A DNA stretch of 64,000 bases from an uncultured Verrucomicrobiae bacterium (GTDB taxonomy: Bacteria > Verrucomicrobiota > Verrucomicrobiia > Limisphaerales > Palsa-1400), in NCBI GenBank assembly GCA_963702845.1, contig OY969763.1, positions 3,712,001 to 3,776,000 of the forward strand, read 5' to 3'. This document shows positions 18,224 through 29,360 of this stretch, in pieces. A model generated the notes under the pieces. The model was not told where the DNA came from, did no database searches, and was given only the letters and a program-made list of their open reading frames with translations. Every line of letters begins with the position of its first letter. Positions within the stretch are counted from its first letter, which is position 1. Both the position numbers and the translations under genes were made by a program.

Positions 18224-21200
18224 TTATTGGAGATGCAAGTAAACACGCGAGCCCTTGGTTGTGATCGCGGCGGTGGATTGAGTCAGAAACACGCGCGCGG
18301 CCTCCACTTTGCCGGTCTTCAGGACGTATTCCTTCACACGTTGCGCGCGATCGTTCGCTAAGGTCTGGAGGTCATCGGTGGACACTTCAATCGTCTCCAA
18401 CAATTGCGATTCCATGTCGTTGGCTGGAACTTTGATATCGTCGAGTGCCGAATTCATCAACTTGGACGCGCCTTTACCATCACTGACCGCGGCAACGCGC
18501 GTCAGTTTGAGGGATGCGGCGCGGTTCGTCGAAACCACCCCGTTCGTAGAGATGATCCCAGCGATAAGCGCGGCGGCGTAGGTTTCTTTCAAATACTGGG
18601 TTCGCTCTTGTGGTGTGATCTGGATTGATTCCGGTTTGGTGTCGGACTGGTCCGATTTGCGCATCGCGTTCCACTTTGTGAGACGGAAATTCTTTTCGAG
18701 TTTTTGACGGCGCAACGCGGTCAGATCGGTTTTGCTGTCGATACTACCTTCAACTTCAAGTTGCAGACCGGGACGTTCGTAGAAGCCATTGACCAAAGCG
18801 TCCAGTTTTTCGACGCTCGCGGGCAACAGTTCGCTACGGCCGGGCTCGAAATCCTGGAAGCTGATTTCATCGCCCTTGCCGCCGAATACGGCACCCAAGG
18901 CGGCGAATGGCGAGGTGACGATTTTGGTGAGGACGTTAAGAATGGCTCCCCGGATGACTTTGCCGAGGTGAAAACTCGGATCATCGATTGAACCATCGAT
19001 CGGGACGTCGAGTTCGATTTTGCCGTTGCGATCTTTCAGAACGGCGATGGCGAGTTTGATGGGAAGTTTCGTTGCGTCGGGACCAGAGATTTTTTCACCG
19101 AGCATGAGTTGGTCGACGACGATGACGTTTGAGGATTTGAACTTTCGATCGGCGAGGTTGTAGCGCAGGTCGAGGCTGAGTTTGCCTTTGTTGAGACGAT
19201 ATCCGAGGAACTTCACCGAATACGGACCGGTCGGGTGCAGATCGATGGCTTTGAAAAGGATGTTCAGTTCGGTCGGCTGCTTTTGATTTAGGGGGTTTAG
19301 TTTGCCGGTGATTTCGACGGGGGCGGTGTTGTCGACTTTGCCGATGAGGTGGAGGTCAGCGCGTTGAAGGTCGTCGGTTGAAATACCGGAGATTTTGCCG
19401 CTGACTTGCTGGAGCGATGCATTAACGGGCGGTTGGATGGACCGATCTGTGAATTGAAGGTTAGCGTTCGAGAGGACGATGGATGCGATGGAAATTTTTG
19501 CCGGCAACGTGACTGCGGTGGCGTTGGTGAGCGAACGTTCGGCGTCAGAGAACATTGTGAGTTGTTTTTTGCCGCGCTTTTTCCTCGACGTGGCTTCCTT
19601 CGCAACGACGGATGCGGCGTCGGCGTTGGTTGTGCCGAGGTGAAGCGCTGTCAGGATGTTGATGGTGTGATTGGTTTCGATAAGCAGACGCGCGTAGGCA
19701 TCATCCACGGAAATGTCTTTGATGGTGACGACGGGCGGATTGAGGTTGGCGTTGATGCCGGAGACGCGGAGCGAACTCCATTTTACGAAATCTTCGCCAA
19801 TCATGCCATCGACGGTGGAGAAATCGGTGAGACGGACGTCGCCCTGGAAGGTGACTTCGGGAAGCGCCTCGTTAGTGCGAACAAGATGAATGGTACCGTC
19901 CATGCCGACTTTGCTGCGCATGATGTAAATATTGACGTGCGGCTCGAGATACGGATCGATCGGTCGCAAGGCGAGATTATCGATGGCAAGTTTGACTTCA
20001 GCGCGTGGGGGTGCGAGCCCGGCATTGACGGTCGCGCGGACAATGCCGTTGGTTTCCCAACGCAACGAGAGATCAGCGGTCATATCTTTGCCGGGGACAT
20101 TGGAGAGTTCTTTGGCGTTGAGCGAGATTTGGTCGAGATCAAGGTGCGCGGGGCGGGCGTTAGCGAGGTCTTCGAGATGCAACGCACAATTGGTGACGGT
20201 GATGTCGTGAACAATGCCGCTGGAAAGATTGGTGCTGTTGAGAAGCATGGCGAACGCGTTGGTGACGGATTGCAGGAGGAACAGAATTCCGCCCGGCGCG
20301 TTGGTGGCGTTTTCGACGGGCTTGGCGATTTCGAGCAGATTGACGGTGTCATCTTTTCCGCGGCGGACAACGAATCGTGCGTCCTTAGCCAAGACAGAAT
20401 TAACCTCCCCTGTTCGGTGCATGGCATCAGCACTCGCGCCGACAACCGACAGTTGCGGTAGGTCGACGATGTTTTCGGCGTTGTCTTTTTCGCCAACTTT
20501 GAGTGATTCCAGGCGGAAGGTTGTATTGGTGACGGTGAAGATGTTGGTAGTGGCGCTTTTTACAATATTGTAAGTGGAACGCAGGCTGATCGTGCCGTCG
20601 CGAATGTCGAAACGAACGAAGTCCTGATAGAGCGGCGCGTATTTGTTAAGCGAGACGTTGTCCAAGGTCACTTCGCCTTCGGAACGGATAGGATCGAGAT
20701 AGAAATAACCAGCCCAACTAAACTTCTCGCCGGCGTCGGTCGTGCCAGCAAATGAATAGGGATTCTTACTGGATGGATCGGTATAGAATTTCGTGAGCGT
20801 GACTTCGAGCGGACCGACGGTACGGTGGAACGGCTGGCGCGGCGTCATATCCGTGAGCGACGCTTTCGCGCCACTGATGCGGAGGAGTTCGATACGGAGC
20901 GCGAGTGGCGTTTTGGCAGACACCGGTGTTGCAGAAGGTTTAGAATACTTTTCGACGAGATCGGAAAAATTCATCGAGTAATCTTTGTTCACCTGCACGC
21001 GCACGTAGGGATTCGAAGTGCTGACTTCTTTGAAAACCCAAGGATGGCCGAGGAAGGAAATTGCTTCGAAATTTACGTAGACCTCGTCCCAGGACAGAAA
21101 CGGCTCGCCGTCTTTATCTTTGATGAGCAGGCCGCGAATGGTCGTGGATAGCGCGTAGGGGTTGATCTTAATTTTTTCGATCGTTACGGTGCGTCCGAGT

Positions 21201-21349
21201 TCCTGAGACAGGCGCTTTTCGGCGACAGAGCGGATGATCGGTGGCAAGACGAGGAAGCCGACGACGGTATAAAAAAGCACGAGTCCGACAGCCCAATAAA
21301 CGAGCTTTCGGAATCGAGGTGGAATGAAGTTGGTTGCTGGGCTTTTCAT
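18224..21349 (-). CDS. DUF748 / AsmA-like large envelope protein with OmpA-like C-terminus
   Basis: N-terminal TM, repeated beta-rich DUF748-type segments, LPIKLAIAVLKDRNGKIELDVPIDGSIDDP, LANDRAQRVKEY. Confidence 0.85.
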   Translation of the reverse strand: MKSPATNFIPPRFRKLVYWAVGLVLFYTVVGFLVLPPIIRSVAEKRLSQELGRTVTIEKIKINPYALSTTIRGLLIKDKDGEPFLSWDEVYVNFEAISFLGHPWVFKEVSTSNPYVRVQVNKDYSMNFSDLVEKYSKPSATPVSAKTPLALRIELLRISGAKASLTDMTPRQPFHRTVGPLEVTLTKFYTDPSSKNPYSFAGTTDAGEKFSWAGYFYLDPIRSEGEVTLDNVSLNKYAPLYQDFVRFDIRDGTISLRSTYNIVKSATTNIFTVTNTTFRLESLKVGEKDNAENIVDLPQLSVVGASADAMHRTGEVNSVLAKDARFVVRRGKDDTVNLLEIAKPVENATNAPGGILFLLQSVTNAFAMLLNSTNLSSGIVHDITVTNCALHLEDLANARPAHLDLDQISLNAKELSNVPGKDMTADLSLRWETNGIVRATVNAGLAPPRAEVKLAIDNLALRPIDPYLEPHVNIYIMRSKVGMDGTIHLVRTNEALPEVTFQGDVRLTDFSTVDGMIGEDFVKWSSLRVSGINANLNPPVVTIKDISVDDAYARLLIETNHTINILTALHLGTTNADAASVVAKEATSRKKRGKKQLTMFSDAERSLTNATAVTLPAKISIASIVLSNANLQFTDRSIQPPVNASLQQVSGKISGISTDDLQRADLHLIGKVDNTAPVEITGKLNPLNQKQPTELNILFKAIDLHPTGPYSVKFLGYRLNKGKLSLDLRYNLADRKFKSSNVIVVDQLMLGEKISGPDATKLPIKLAIAVLKDRNGKIELDVPIDGSIDDPSFHLGKVIRGAILNVLTKIVTSPFAALGAVFGGKGDEISFQDFEPGRSELLPASVEKLDALVNGFYERPGLQLEVEGSIDSKTDLTALRRQKLEKNFRLTKWNAMRKSDQSDTKPESIQITPQERTQYLKETYAAALIAGIISTNGVVSTNRAASLKLTRVAAVSDGKGASKLMNSALDDIKVPANDMESQLLETIEVSTDDLQTLANDRAQRVKEYVLKTGKVEAARVFLTQSTAAITTKGSRVYLHLQ

Positions 21350-21581
21350 AACCGGACTACGCGTCTTACACTAAAGAAATCAGCAGGGCATACAAGGCAC
21401 GAGTCAGTAAGGTTCACATCAGGTAATGGGACGTCGGCATCCAGCAGCGATCCTGTTAACAGAATACAAGATTAGCCGTTCGCCACACCGGTGCTTTACC
21501 CTATCTCTTTGACTACAATACCGTGCCTGCTGATGCTCGTGGCGTTTAGGAAAAACAACGAATCAACCAAAGGGTTCCCAA

Positions 21582-22223
21582 ATGAAAAAAGCGATAGTCA
21601 TGGCGGTGTTTTGCCTCACTTGCATTGCTGAAGCGAACGCGCAACTGGTCAAACAGACGATTTATTTATCACTGATAGGATATCAGGCCCCCGAAACCAG
21701 CAGCACCGTAGGTTATGTGACGCGTCTTACTCCTAAGGCGTTTTCGATAACCGACCGCGCCATTTGCTTCGTCGTAGCGCACGATAACTATATCACGGTG
21801 AAGTATCCCCAATTGATCAGGGTTACTGATATTTCCGGGAATTTCATCGGCTATTACGTGACCGACGGTGGCAGAGTTGTCGCTGATGCGGGCTATTATA
21901 TCGGTCGTGTTGCGCATGATTTCAACGTAAGTTCCGGATCGGAAGTATACAGTCCATCCACTGGCCTGTATACGGTCACAGAGCTAAGCCACGCTTACGA
22001 CACCTGGGGTCTAGGGCTGATGAATGTCTCCGGTCTGGACACGATCAACGCGCGATATGCATTTCCGCCCGGTGCCTCTGATTCCACAAAGTTCAGTTCG
22101 TGGAATTTTTCCGCCCCAATTTCCGGAGGTTATACCAACTCGGACACTGGAACTTACACTTGTTGCAGTGGTACGATTCGGGGAACGTCGGCTATCATCA
22201 AAAGCATTCCTGGCCTGCCGTAA
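21582..22223 (+). CDS. secreted beta-rich hypothetical protein
   Basis: Signal peptide MKKAIVMAVFCLTCIAEANA-Q; Ser/Thr/Tyr/Gly rich. Confidence 0.7.
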   Translation: MKKAIVMAVFCLTCIAEANAQLVKQTIYLSLIGYQAPETSSTVGYVTRLTPKAFSITDRAICFVVAHDNYITVKYPQLIRVTDISGNFIGYYVTDGGRVVADAGYYIGRVAHDFNVSSGSEVYSPSTGLYTVTELSHAYDTWGLGLMNVSGLDTINARYAFPPGASDSTKFSSWNFSAPISGGYTNSDTGTYTCCSGTIRGTSAIIKSIPGLP

Positions 22224-22235
22224 CAGAACGCCGCG

Positions 22236-22814
22236 ATGAGGCCGAAAGTAATACTAGGCGCACTTTGCGTCGCAATGCTGGCACTTTGCGTTGGTTACTT
22301 CATTTCCAAGACCACGAGCATGAGCGGTCCGAAGGAAGCAGCGAGCCGTGTTACAAATTCGCTTTCATCCCCTGTTCCCAAAGCGACGCGATCTCGTGCG
22401 ACTGTCGTAAGCGCAGCGCAAATCGACGCTGCCGCCCAATCTGAAACGCAAAAGCAACTGGCCGAAATCGATGATGCGATGCACGTGGTCACCGAACAAA
22501 CACTTCCGCTGCTAACTGCCAAGCTGTTGGCTGACGACCAACAGTTACGGCAAGCCGCTGTCTCGAATCTTGTCGCACTCGCAGACCGTGCGGCTGTCCC
22601 TCCCCTATTGGATGCGGCACACCGTGTCACCGATTCAGAGGAGAAAGCAAACATCCTGAAGGCGGTTGAATTTCTACAATTGCCGTCGTACGACGAGTTG
22701 GTTGCAGACGGCACGATGAAAGCACTAGGTAAAGTGCCAATGTCGGCGAATCGGATCGGCCAGGAGGCGGAGCACCCGCGACGGTCTGAAAAGCCTGAAT
22801 CGGCCGGCCAATAG
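22236..22814 (+). CDS. membrane-anchored HEAT-repeat protein
   Basis: N-terminal TM; LLADDQQLRQAAVSNLVALADRAAVPPL HEAT-like repeat. Confidence 0.7.
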   Translation: MRPKVILGALCVAMLALCVGYFISKTTSMSGPKEAASRVTNSLSSPVPKATRSRATVVSAAQIDAAAQSETQKQLAEIDDAMHVVTEQTLPLLTAKLLADDQQLRQAAVSNLVALADRAAVPPLLDAAHRVTDSEEKANILKAVEFLQLPSYDELVADGTMKALGKVPMSANRIGQEAEHPRRSEKPESAGQ

Positions 22815-22899
22815 ATGAGCGGGGTCGCACGATTGCTGAGCAACCGCAGCTTGACATTAGAACTGATGAGAGAAAGTCTGCGTCGCAGATACCAATTAA

Positions 22900-23259
22900 A
22901 TGAAAATGATTAATTTTTTCGGAATAGTGGCAGCCAGCGCGGTGTTGGCTTGCGGTTGCATCAGCCACAATGAAACGGTGACGCGCGACGTTTCGCGCAG
23001 GAAAGTTGAATTCGAGAACGATACCGCAGGCCGAATGTTTTACGAAGCGCTGAGCCAAATTTCAAACAGTGGAACCAAGAGCGAAAAGACGAGCGAATTC
23101 GAAATTCCTGTCATACTCGACTACAAGAGGCACGTGGTGACCGGTCCAAATGCTGCTTTCAACGATGCGGTGGACAGGTGCGATACCAACAAGGACGGAA
23201 AGATTACGGAGACTGAGGCGAAGATTTTTGCTGAGCAGGTCAAGCGCTCAGGAAAATAA
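22900..23259 (+). CDS. lipoprotein with EF-hand-like motif
   Basis: Lipobox LACGC; CDTNKDGKITETEA. Confidence 0.75.
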   Translation: MKMINFFGIVAASAVLACGCISHNETVTRDVSRRKVEFENDTAGRMFYEALSQISNSGTKSEKTSEFEIPVILDYKRHVVTGPNAAFNDAVDRCDTNKDGKITETEAKIFAEQVKRSGK

Positions 23260-23270
23260 TCAACTAACCA

Positions 23271-23294
23271 GAAGAGGGGCGTCACACCCTCTTC
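23271..23294. terminator. hairpin between convergent genes
   Basis: gaagaggg...ccctcttc inverted repeat; no clear U tract. Confidence 0.4.
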
Positions 23295-23310
23295 GATTCA
23301 CCTGAGCGAT

Positions 23311-24009
23311 TTACTCGTAATCGCGCTGTGACTTATTCTCCGACGGAGCTTGAGCGCCAGCGGCCTCGTTAATCTTCTGGCCGGGGTCGGTAACGACGTT
23401 CCCATTTTCATCGAATCTCACATTACTTACGACCGTCGCTTCCTGCACCTGCACGGCGACTGCACCTTGCGGCGTGAGGAACATTTCGTGGCGAACGCCA
23501 TCACGACTGAAATCAGCGCGATAGAGCGGTTGGCCATTAACTTCAGTTTGACTCAAGTTGCCGACGGGCGATGTTCCGGCTTCCTGTCGGATCCGTTGCC
23601 GCACCGGTTGCGGTAATTGATCGAATCCCATTTGTGATTTTTCAGATTTCGACAGATCGACATTCCCAGCGAATACCGTCGATTCTCGCAACGCCACCAT
23701 TGACCCGTCCGGAGCCACTGTCACCCTGCCCATGGTTCGACCATGATCGAACGTCGCGCTATAGTATTCCTGACCGTTTTGTGTCATCGAACGAACGGCT
23801 TTTGGAATCATTCCGCCCGAATATTGCAAGATTGTCTTTTTCGCTGGTTGCGGCAATTGGCCAAACGAAATCTTCTGGCCAAGATCCTGCGTCTGCAATG
23901 CTGAGTTGCCTGATTGCACGGATAATGGACTGTCATTGGCTGCATGAACCAATAGAGCTGTCGAACTGGCGATTACGGCCACAAACAATGTTTTTACGTT
24001 ATATTTCAT
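23311..24009 (-). CDS. secreted PepSY-like repeat protein
   Basis: Signal peptide; two repeats FxQLPQP-x-I...GQxxY-x-A-x-F...PxG; GGAGG upstream of the start. Confidence 0.7.
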   Translation of the reverse strand: MKYNVKTLFVAVIASSTALLVHAANDSPLSVQSGNSALQTQDLGQKISFGQLPQPAKKTILQYSGGMIPKAVRSMTQNGQEYYSATFDHGRTMGRVTVAPDGSMVALRESTVFAGNVDLSKSEKSQMGFDQLPQPVRQRIRQEAGTSPVGNLSQTEVNGQPLYRADFSRDGVRHEMFLTPQGAVAVQVQEATVVSNVRFDENGNVVTDPGQKINEAAGAQAPSENKSQRDYE

Positions 24010-24156
24010 AAACCCTCCCTAGCTTCAGCCTGCCATAAACACCCCGAACGGCAACTCGGGGGAGGCATGTATTCCTCCCTAGGCATTTATTGCAGGCCAA
24101 GACGAACCCTAATAAAGATGTTTTGGCAACTGGCAGTCTGTCGTTATTCTCCCGTG

Positions 24157-26143
24157 ATGTTCACCTTGCGAGCGACGCCGTTGATAGTCGCTGCTCTTGT
24201 TTCAGCCGCCGGCGCGAACGCCAATGAGACATTGCGTTCACCAGACGGGAATGTCCGTGTGACGATCGAGTTACCAGCGCGTGGCCGTGATCTTCCGCCT
24301 TGGTCGATGTCGTTTCATGACAAAGTCCTGTTTACGAACTGCGCTTTGAGTTTGCAGGTCGCCGGTCAGGGAGATTGGTTTCAGACAGCGCACCTCATTG
24401 GCAAACGAACGGCAAAGCATTCTGAAGCTATACCGGTTCTTTTCGGGAAGTCCTCTTCGGCTCATAACGACTACCGGGAACTCCGGCTCAACGTCAGTGG
24501 CGCAGGTGGCCAAAAAATCGATGCCGTGTTCCGTTGTTACAACGACGCGCTCGCGTTTCGTTATGAAATACCGCAACAAGGCGCTGACGCCCACATCGTT
24601 ATAGCCGACGAAGGAACGTCGTTTGGTGTTGCCGGAAATCCAACAGCATACATACAAGTGCTGGAAAACTTTCGGACGTCTCACGAACATTTTGTAACCA
24701 CCACGCCCTATGAGGACATCAAACCTGGACTCCTTCTGGATGATCCTTTGACGCTTTCATGGAACGATGGCGTGACCGCGGCGATCACCGAAGCTGCGTT
24801 GCGCCATTACGCGGGAATGTCTTTAATCAAAACCAATTCCGTTTTGAAATGCGCGCTTTCGCCTAGGCCGGATGGCACGAAAGTTAAAACATCACTGCCG
24901 ATGCAGACGCCGTGGCGCGTGGTGTTGGTCGGCAAACGGCCCGGCGACTTATTGGAGTCGAACACGATCTATTGCCTCAATGATCCACCTGCTATCGGTG
25001 ACACGTCATGGATACGTCCCGGGAAAATGACATGGACATGGTGGAACGGGTATCTATACGACGATCATCGGACACAGCCCATCTTTTCGTTGGAGATGCA
25101 AAAACGTTACATCGATTTCTGCGCGGCAAACGGGATTCTTATACCACGACGTGGTGTGCGATGAAAACGACAAGCCATGGTATTTCCAATCGAGCACCAA
25201 CATGCTGCCCAGCCCTGATGCCGATGTGACTCGAGTTCGTTCAGACCTGGATTTGCCGGCGATTCGAGCTTATGCGGAATCTAAAGGTGTTCGGCTTTGG
25301 ACCTGGGTTTGGCAATCGACGCTCCGAGGCAAGGTGGAACCGGCCTTTGCGGCTTTCGAAAAAATGGGGTGGAGCGGGATGATGGTCGACTTTTTCGATC
25401 ACGATGACCAGCAAACGGTGGAGTTCGCGGAAGAGATTTTGCGAGCGGCAGCGCGCCATCACATTCTCATCCACTTCCACGGCATGTATAAGATCACCGG
25501 CTGGCAGCGGACTTATCCGAACCTCATGAATCACGAAGGTTCGCGAAATCTCGAATGGTTGAAGTTCACTGATAGCTGTCCGCCAGAACATACGTTGTTG
25601 ATGGCCTTTACCCGCCTAGTGGCGGGACCGATGGATTATCATCTCGGCGGATTCCGTTCGGTGCCGCGCTCGCAGTTCAAACCGCACATGGTCGCGCCGA
25701 ATGTTTTGGGCACCCGATGTCATCATCTCGCGCTGTATGTTTGCACCGATAATCCGAATCCGATGGTGGCCGATTATCCATCGGCATACATCGGGCAGCC
25801 GGGTTTTGATTTTTTAAAAACGGTTCCGACGTATTGGGACGAGACTCATGTCCTTGACGCAAAGATTGGCGAGCTTCTAGTCACCGCACGACGCAAAGGA
25901 AACATGTGGTACGTTGGCGGAATTGGCGCGAAAACAGCGCACATGGTTGACCTCTCGCTGTCGTTTCTCGCAAGGGGTAAATACGAGCTGCGGCTTTGGA
26001 AAGATTCGCCACAGGTCGCGGAAAACCCAAACCTGATCGAGACGGAAACATGTGAAGTCCGTTCCAAGGACCGACTGCGGGTCACCATAGCAGTCGACGG
26101 GGGTGTTGTCGCAGAATTGAAACCGACGGATGGTCACCATTGA
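24157..26143 (+). CDS. glycoside hydrolase family 97 (split by a 1-nt insertion near 25141)
   Basis: SPDG N-terminus, TPWRV, DTSWIRPGK...WTWW, KRYIDF, MVDFFD, HFHG, RTYPN...EG, GPMDY; removing A25141 gives NGILYHDVVCDEND. Confidence 0.88.
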
Positions 26144-26221
26144 CTACCCCGAGTGACTTTGGCGCGCCTTTGACCGGCATCAAATCCAAGGAGTGGGTTG
26201 AGGGGCTATGATTCGCCTCGT

Positions 26222-28049
26222 ATGTCAAGACAGATCGCTTCTCTCATACTGCTCGCGTTCACAACCGTTCTCCATGCTGCTGAATTCCACGTTGGTGTCA
26301 GCGGCAATGATTCGAATGCGGGAACAAAAAAATCACCCTTTCGCACTATCCAGCACGCCGCCGAGATTGCCAAACCCGGCGATGTCATCACAGTGCATGA
26401 AGGCGTCTATCGCGAGCGCATCAATCCACCCCGTGGCGGAACCTCTGATAAGAAACGAATCGTTTACCAGGGCGCGCGTAACGAGAAGGTTGAAATCAAA
26501 GGTTCAGAGGCCATCAAGAATTGGACACGCGTGCAGGACAACGTTTGGAAGGCGACGCTGGCCAATTCGTTTTTCGGCAGTTTTAATCCGTACGCGGACC
26601 TTATTCACGGCGATTGGTTCGTGTCCAAAGGCCGAGACCATCATACGGGCGCAGTCTATTTGAATGGCGAATGGCTCGCTGAAGCCGCGAAGTTCGACGA
26701 CGTCCTCAAACCTGTTGCAGCGAATGCACTTTGGTTCAGCAAAGTTGACGCGTCGAACACAACCATCTGGGCAGAGTTCAAGGACGTGGATCCAAACGAA
26801 CAGTTGGTCGAGATCAACGTGCGCCAAACCGTTTTCTATCCTGATAAACCCGGTCGCAACTTTATCACGGTGTGCGGTTTCACGATGCGTCACGCGGCCA
26901 CGCCCTGGGCGCCGCCCACTGCCGAACAGATTGGTCTGATCGGAACACATTGGAGCAAAGGTTGGATCATTGAGAACAACGTTATCAGTCACTCGATCTG
27001 CTCCGGCATCGCGCTCGGCAAACATGGCGATCAATATGACAACACCTCAGCCAATACAGCCGAAGGATACGTAAAAACAATCGAGCGCGCGCATGCTTAT
27101 GCAATTCCCTGGACGAAAGAAAATATCGGCCATCACATCGTGCGCAACAACACCATCTCACACTGCGAACAAGTTGGGATCGTCGGCAGTCTCGGCGCGG
27201 CGTTTAGCACTGTGAGCGGCAATGAGATTCATGATATTCACGTGCGATGTTTATTTTCGGGTGCGGAGATGGCCGGCATCAAATTCCACGCGGCAATTGA
27301 TACGGTGATTCGCGGCAATCATATCTACCGCACTTGCCGTGGCCTATGGCTGGATTGGATGGCACAAGGCACGCGTGTGTCCGGAAATTTATTCCATGAC
27401 AACGCAGGCGAAGACATGTTCGTCGAAGTGGATCATGGGCCGTTCATGGTAGACAACAATTTGTTTCTTTCGCCGACATGTGTGTTGGACATGTCCGAAG
27501 GTGGCGCTTATGTGCACAATTTATTCGCCGGTAAGATCACAAATCGACCGGAGCCCAGCCGTAAAACCCCCTTTCATCCAGCGCATTCTACGCAAGTGGC
27601 GGGATTGGTCACGATCAAGGGCGGTGGCGATCGTTTTTATAACAACATTTTTATCGGCAAGGGTGAACGTTTAACAAACGAACGGATCGGTAACTTAAAG
27701 GAACTTCGTTGGATCAGCAGCGATGGGTTGTGGGGTTACGATGGACGTGAGTTTCCACTGCGAACCGGCGGTAATGTCTATTACAACGAAGCAGCCCCCT
27801 GCTCCGCCGAAGCGTCACCCGTGCTTTCGCAGATTAATCCCGAATTAAAGTTGCTGCAGCAGGACGGTCATTATTTTCACTGCGCTGCTCGGCAAAGCAA
27901 GAGTTGCAGAACTGGCGTACGAAAACGCTGATGGTTCACCAATCAGGATTGATTCCGATTTCTTCGGCAAGAAGCGAAATTCATCCAAACCAACTTCGGG
28001 ACCATTCGAGCATGCTGATTTCAGCGAATTGAAACTCAAAGTTTGGTGA
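26222..28049 (+). CDS. GH120-like beta-xylosidase (DUF1565 + beta-helix), frame broken near 27878
   Basis: PFRTIQHAA...PGDVITVHEGVYRE, WAPPTAEQIG, EMAGIKFHAAID, WLDWMAQGTR; the tail TALLGKARVAELAYENADGSPIRIDSDFFG...GPFE...KVW* lies in another frame. Confidence 0.8.
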
Positions 28050-28053
28050 CGCT

Positions 28054-29009
28054 TCACGGCAATCGCTTCGGTAACAGCCCATTCAGCAGATAATCTCTAA
28101 AGCCCTCGACATTCTTCCAACTTACGGCGACGCGCATTTCTCTTCCGTCGTTTGCGGGAATCGTCATAGCGTCGTCGGTTACTGTGATGCGGACGGTTTT
28201 GTAATTCACGAGATCGGGCGCGGTCGGATCGGCGAGATAGATCGCAACGGTGTCATACATCAGTGACGTCGTCTGAAAATCGCTTTTCCCGCCCCATATC
28301 GCGTGAGCTTGAAGGATCGCTTGATCGAGCTTGTCGGTGGAAGCTCGCACTTTTTCGAGTCTCGGCTGATCGAGTGTAATTTGAGGCAGCGCGCAGGTGT
28401 CGGTCGGAGTAATGGTAATCGATTGCCAATCCGCCGATAGCACACGCTGCGCCGCCCGTACATCGAGTTTTACGTTCCATTCGGGAAAGGGCTTGGGTGA
28501 ACCACCATAGCCTTTGAAGACACTGTGCCTTGCATTGCTACGAGTCGTGCGCGCGAAGCGATCGAGGGGTCTCGGCGTAGTGCTTCGCCGAGTGTCTGGA
28601 GCGGCCCGATCGCGATTACCGTAATCGGCACATGGGATTTTTTAATGCACTTGATCAACGCGCCCACGCCATCGGAATAAATTTTGCCCGGATAGTCTGT
28701 GAGTTTGAAACCATGGACCCACGGCGCGATTTTCCCCTCCCCCGCTGTCGGTCCCGCGCCAATTCCGATCGGAATGTCAGTTCGGCCCGCGATCATTAAT
28801 TCTTTGGCAATCAACTTTGCGCGGTAGTCCTGTTGACCGTCAGTGGTGGTGGTGAGCGCCACATCGAAAGCCGGATTTCTGATGAGAAGCGCGATGGCAA
28901 ACGTGTCGTCGATGTCGTTTCCGGTGTCCGTATCCAGGATTACAGGGATAGGTTTGGCTACTACTGACCAGCCTAGCAGCAGAACGATTGCGAAGATAAT
29001 CGGCCTCAT
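28054..29009 (-). CDS. secreted nucleoside hydrolase (IU-NH family), split by an indel near 28525
   Basis: ILDTDTGNDIDD, IAIGPLQT; joined reading MQG-SVFKGYGG...EWNVKLDVRAAQ; ITPTD, MYDTVA. Confidence 0.82.
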
Positions 29010-29360
29010 TTTTTGGGATATTGCGCGCGCTCCGCCGGCACAGTCAAGCGTCGGCGGAGCGTAGCGGTTCGAGAGTCGTCACCGATACGAAATGTAAATG
29101 TAAAGAACAGCAATCCGGCATGAATCCGGTTGTAAAAATCCATTGCTCACGCGCTCTGATTTGCGACGCATGGCGGTAATACCGAAAAGCTAAGTAAGTT
29201 CTCGGGGTGCGGGTGCGCATAATCGCCAACCCTACCTCGCGCTCAAATAATCCCGGCCGGTCATCCTGACTTGCCGCGAACACACACCGCTGTAACATTT
29301 AACTGCGGCTATTTTTAAACGCAGCGCGTCGCAACACTGGGTATTTACACAAAACCGGCC

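Noticed and set aside
19406..20461. 351-aa ORF antisense to the DUF748 gene
   Set aside because: Shadow ORF with no motifs
29044..29298. 84-aa minus-strand ORF in the nucleoside hydrolase/O-methyltransferase spacer
   Set aside because: No recognisable motif or RBS; lies in a divergent promoter region
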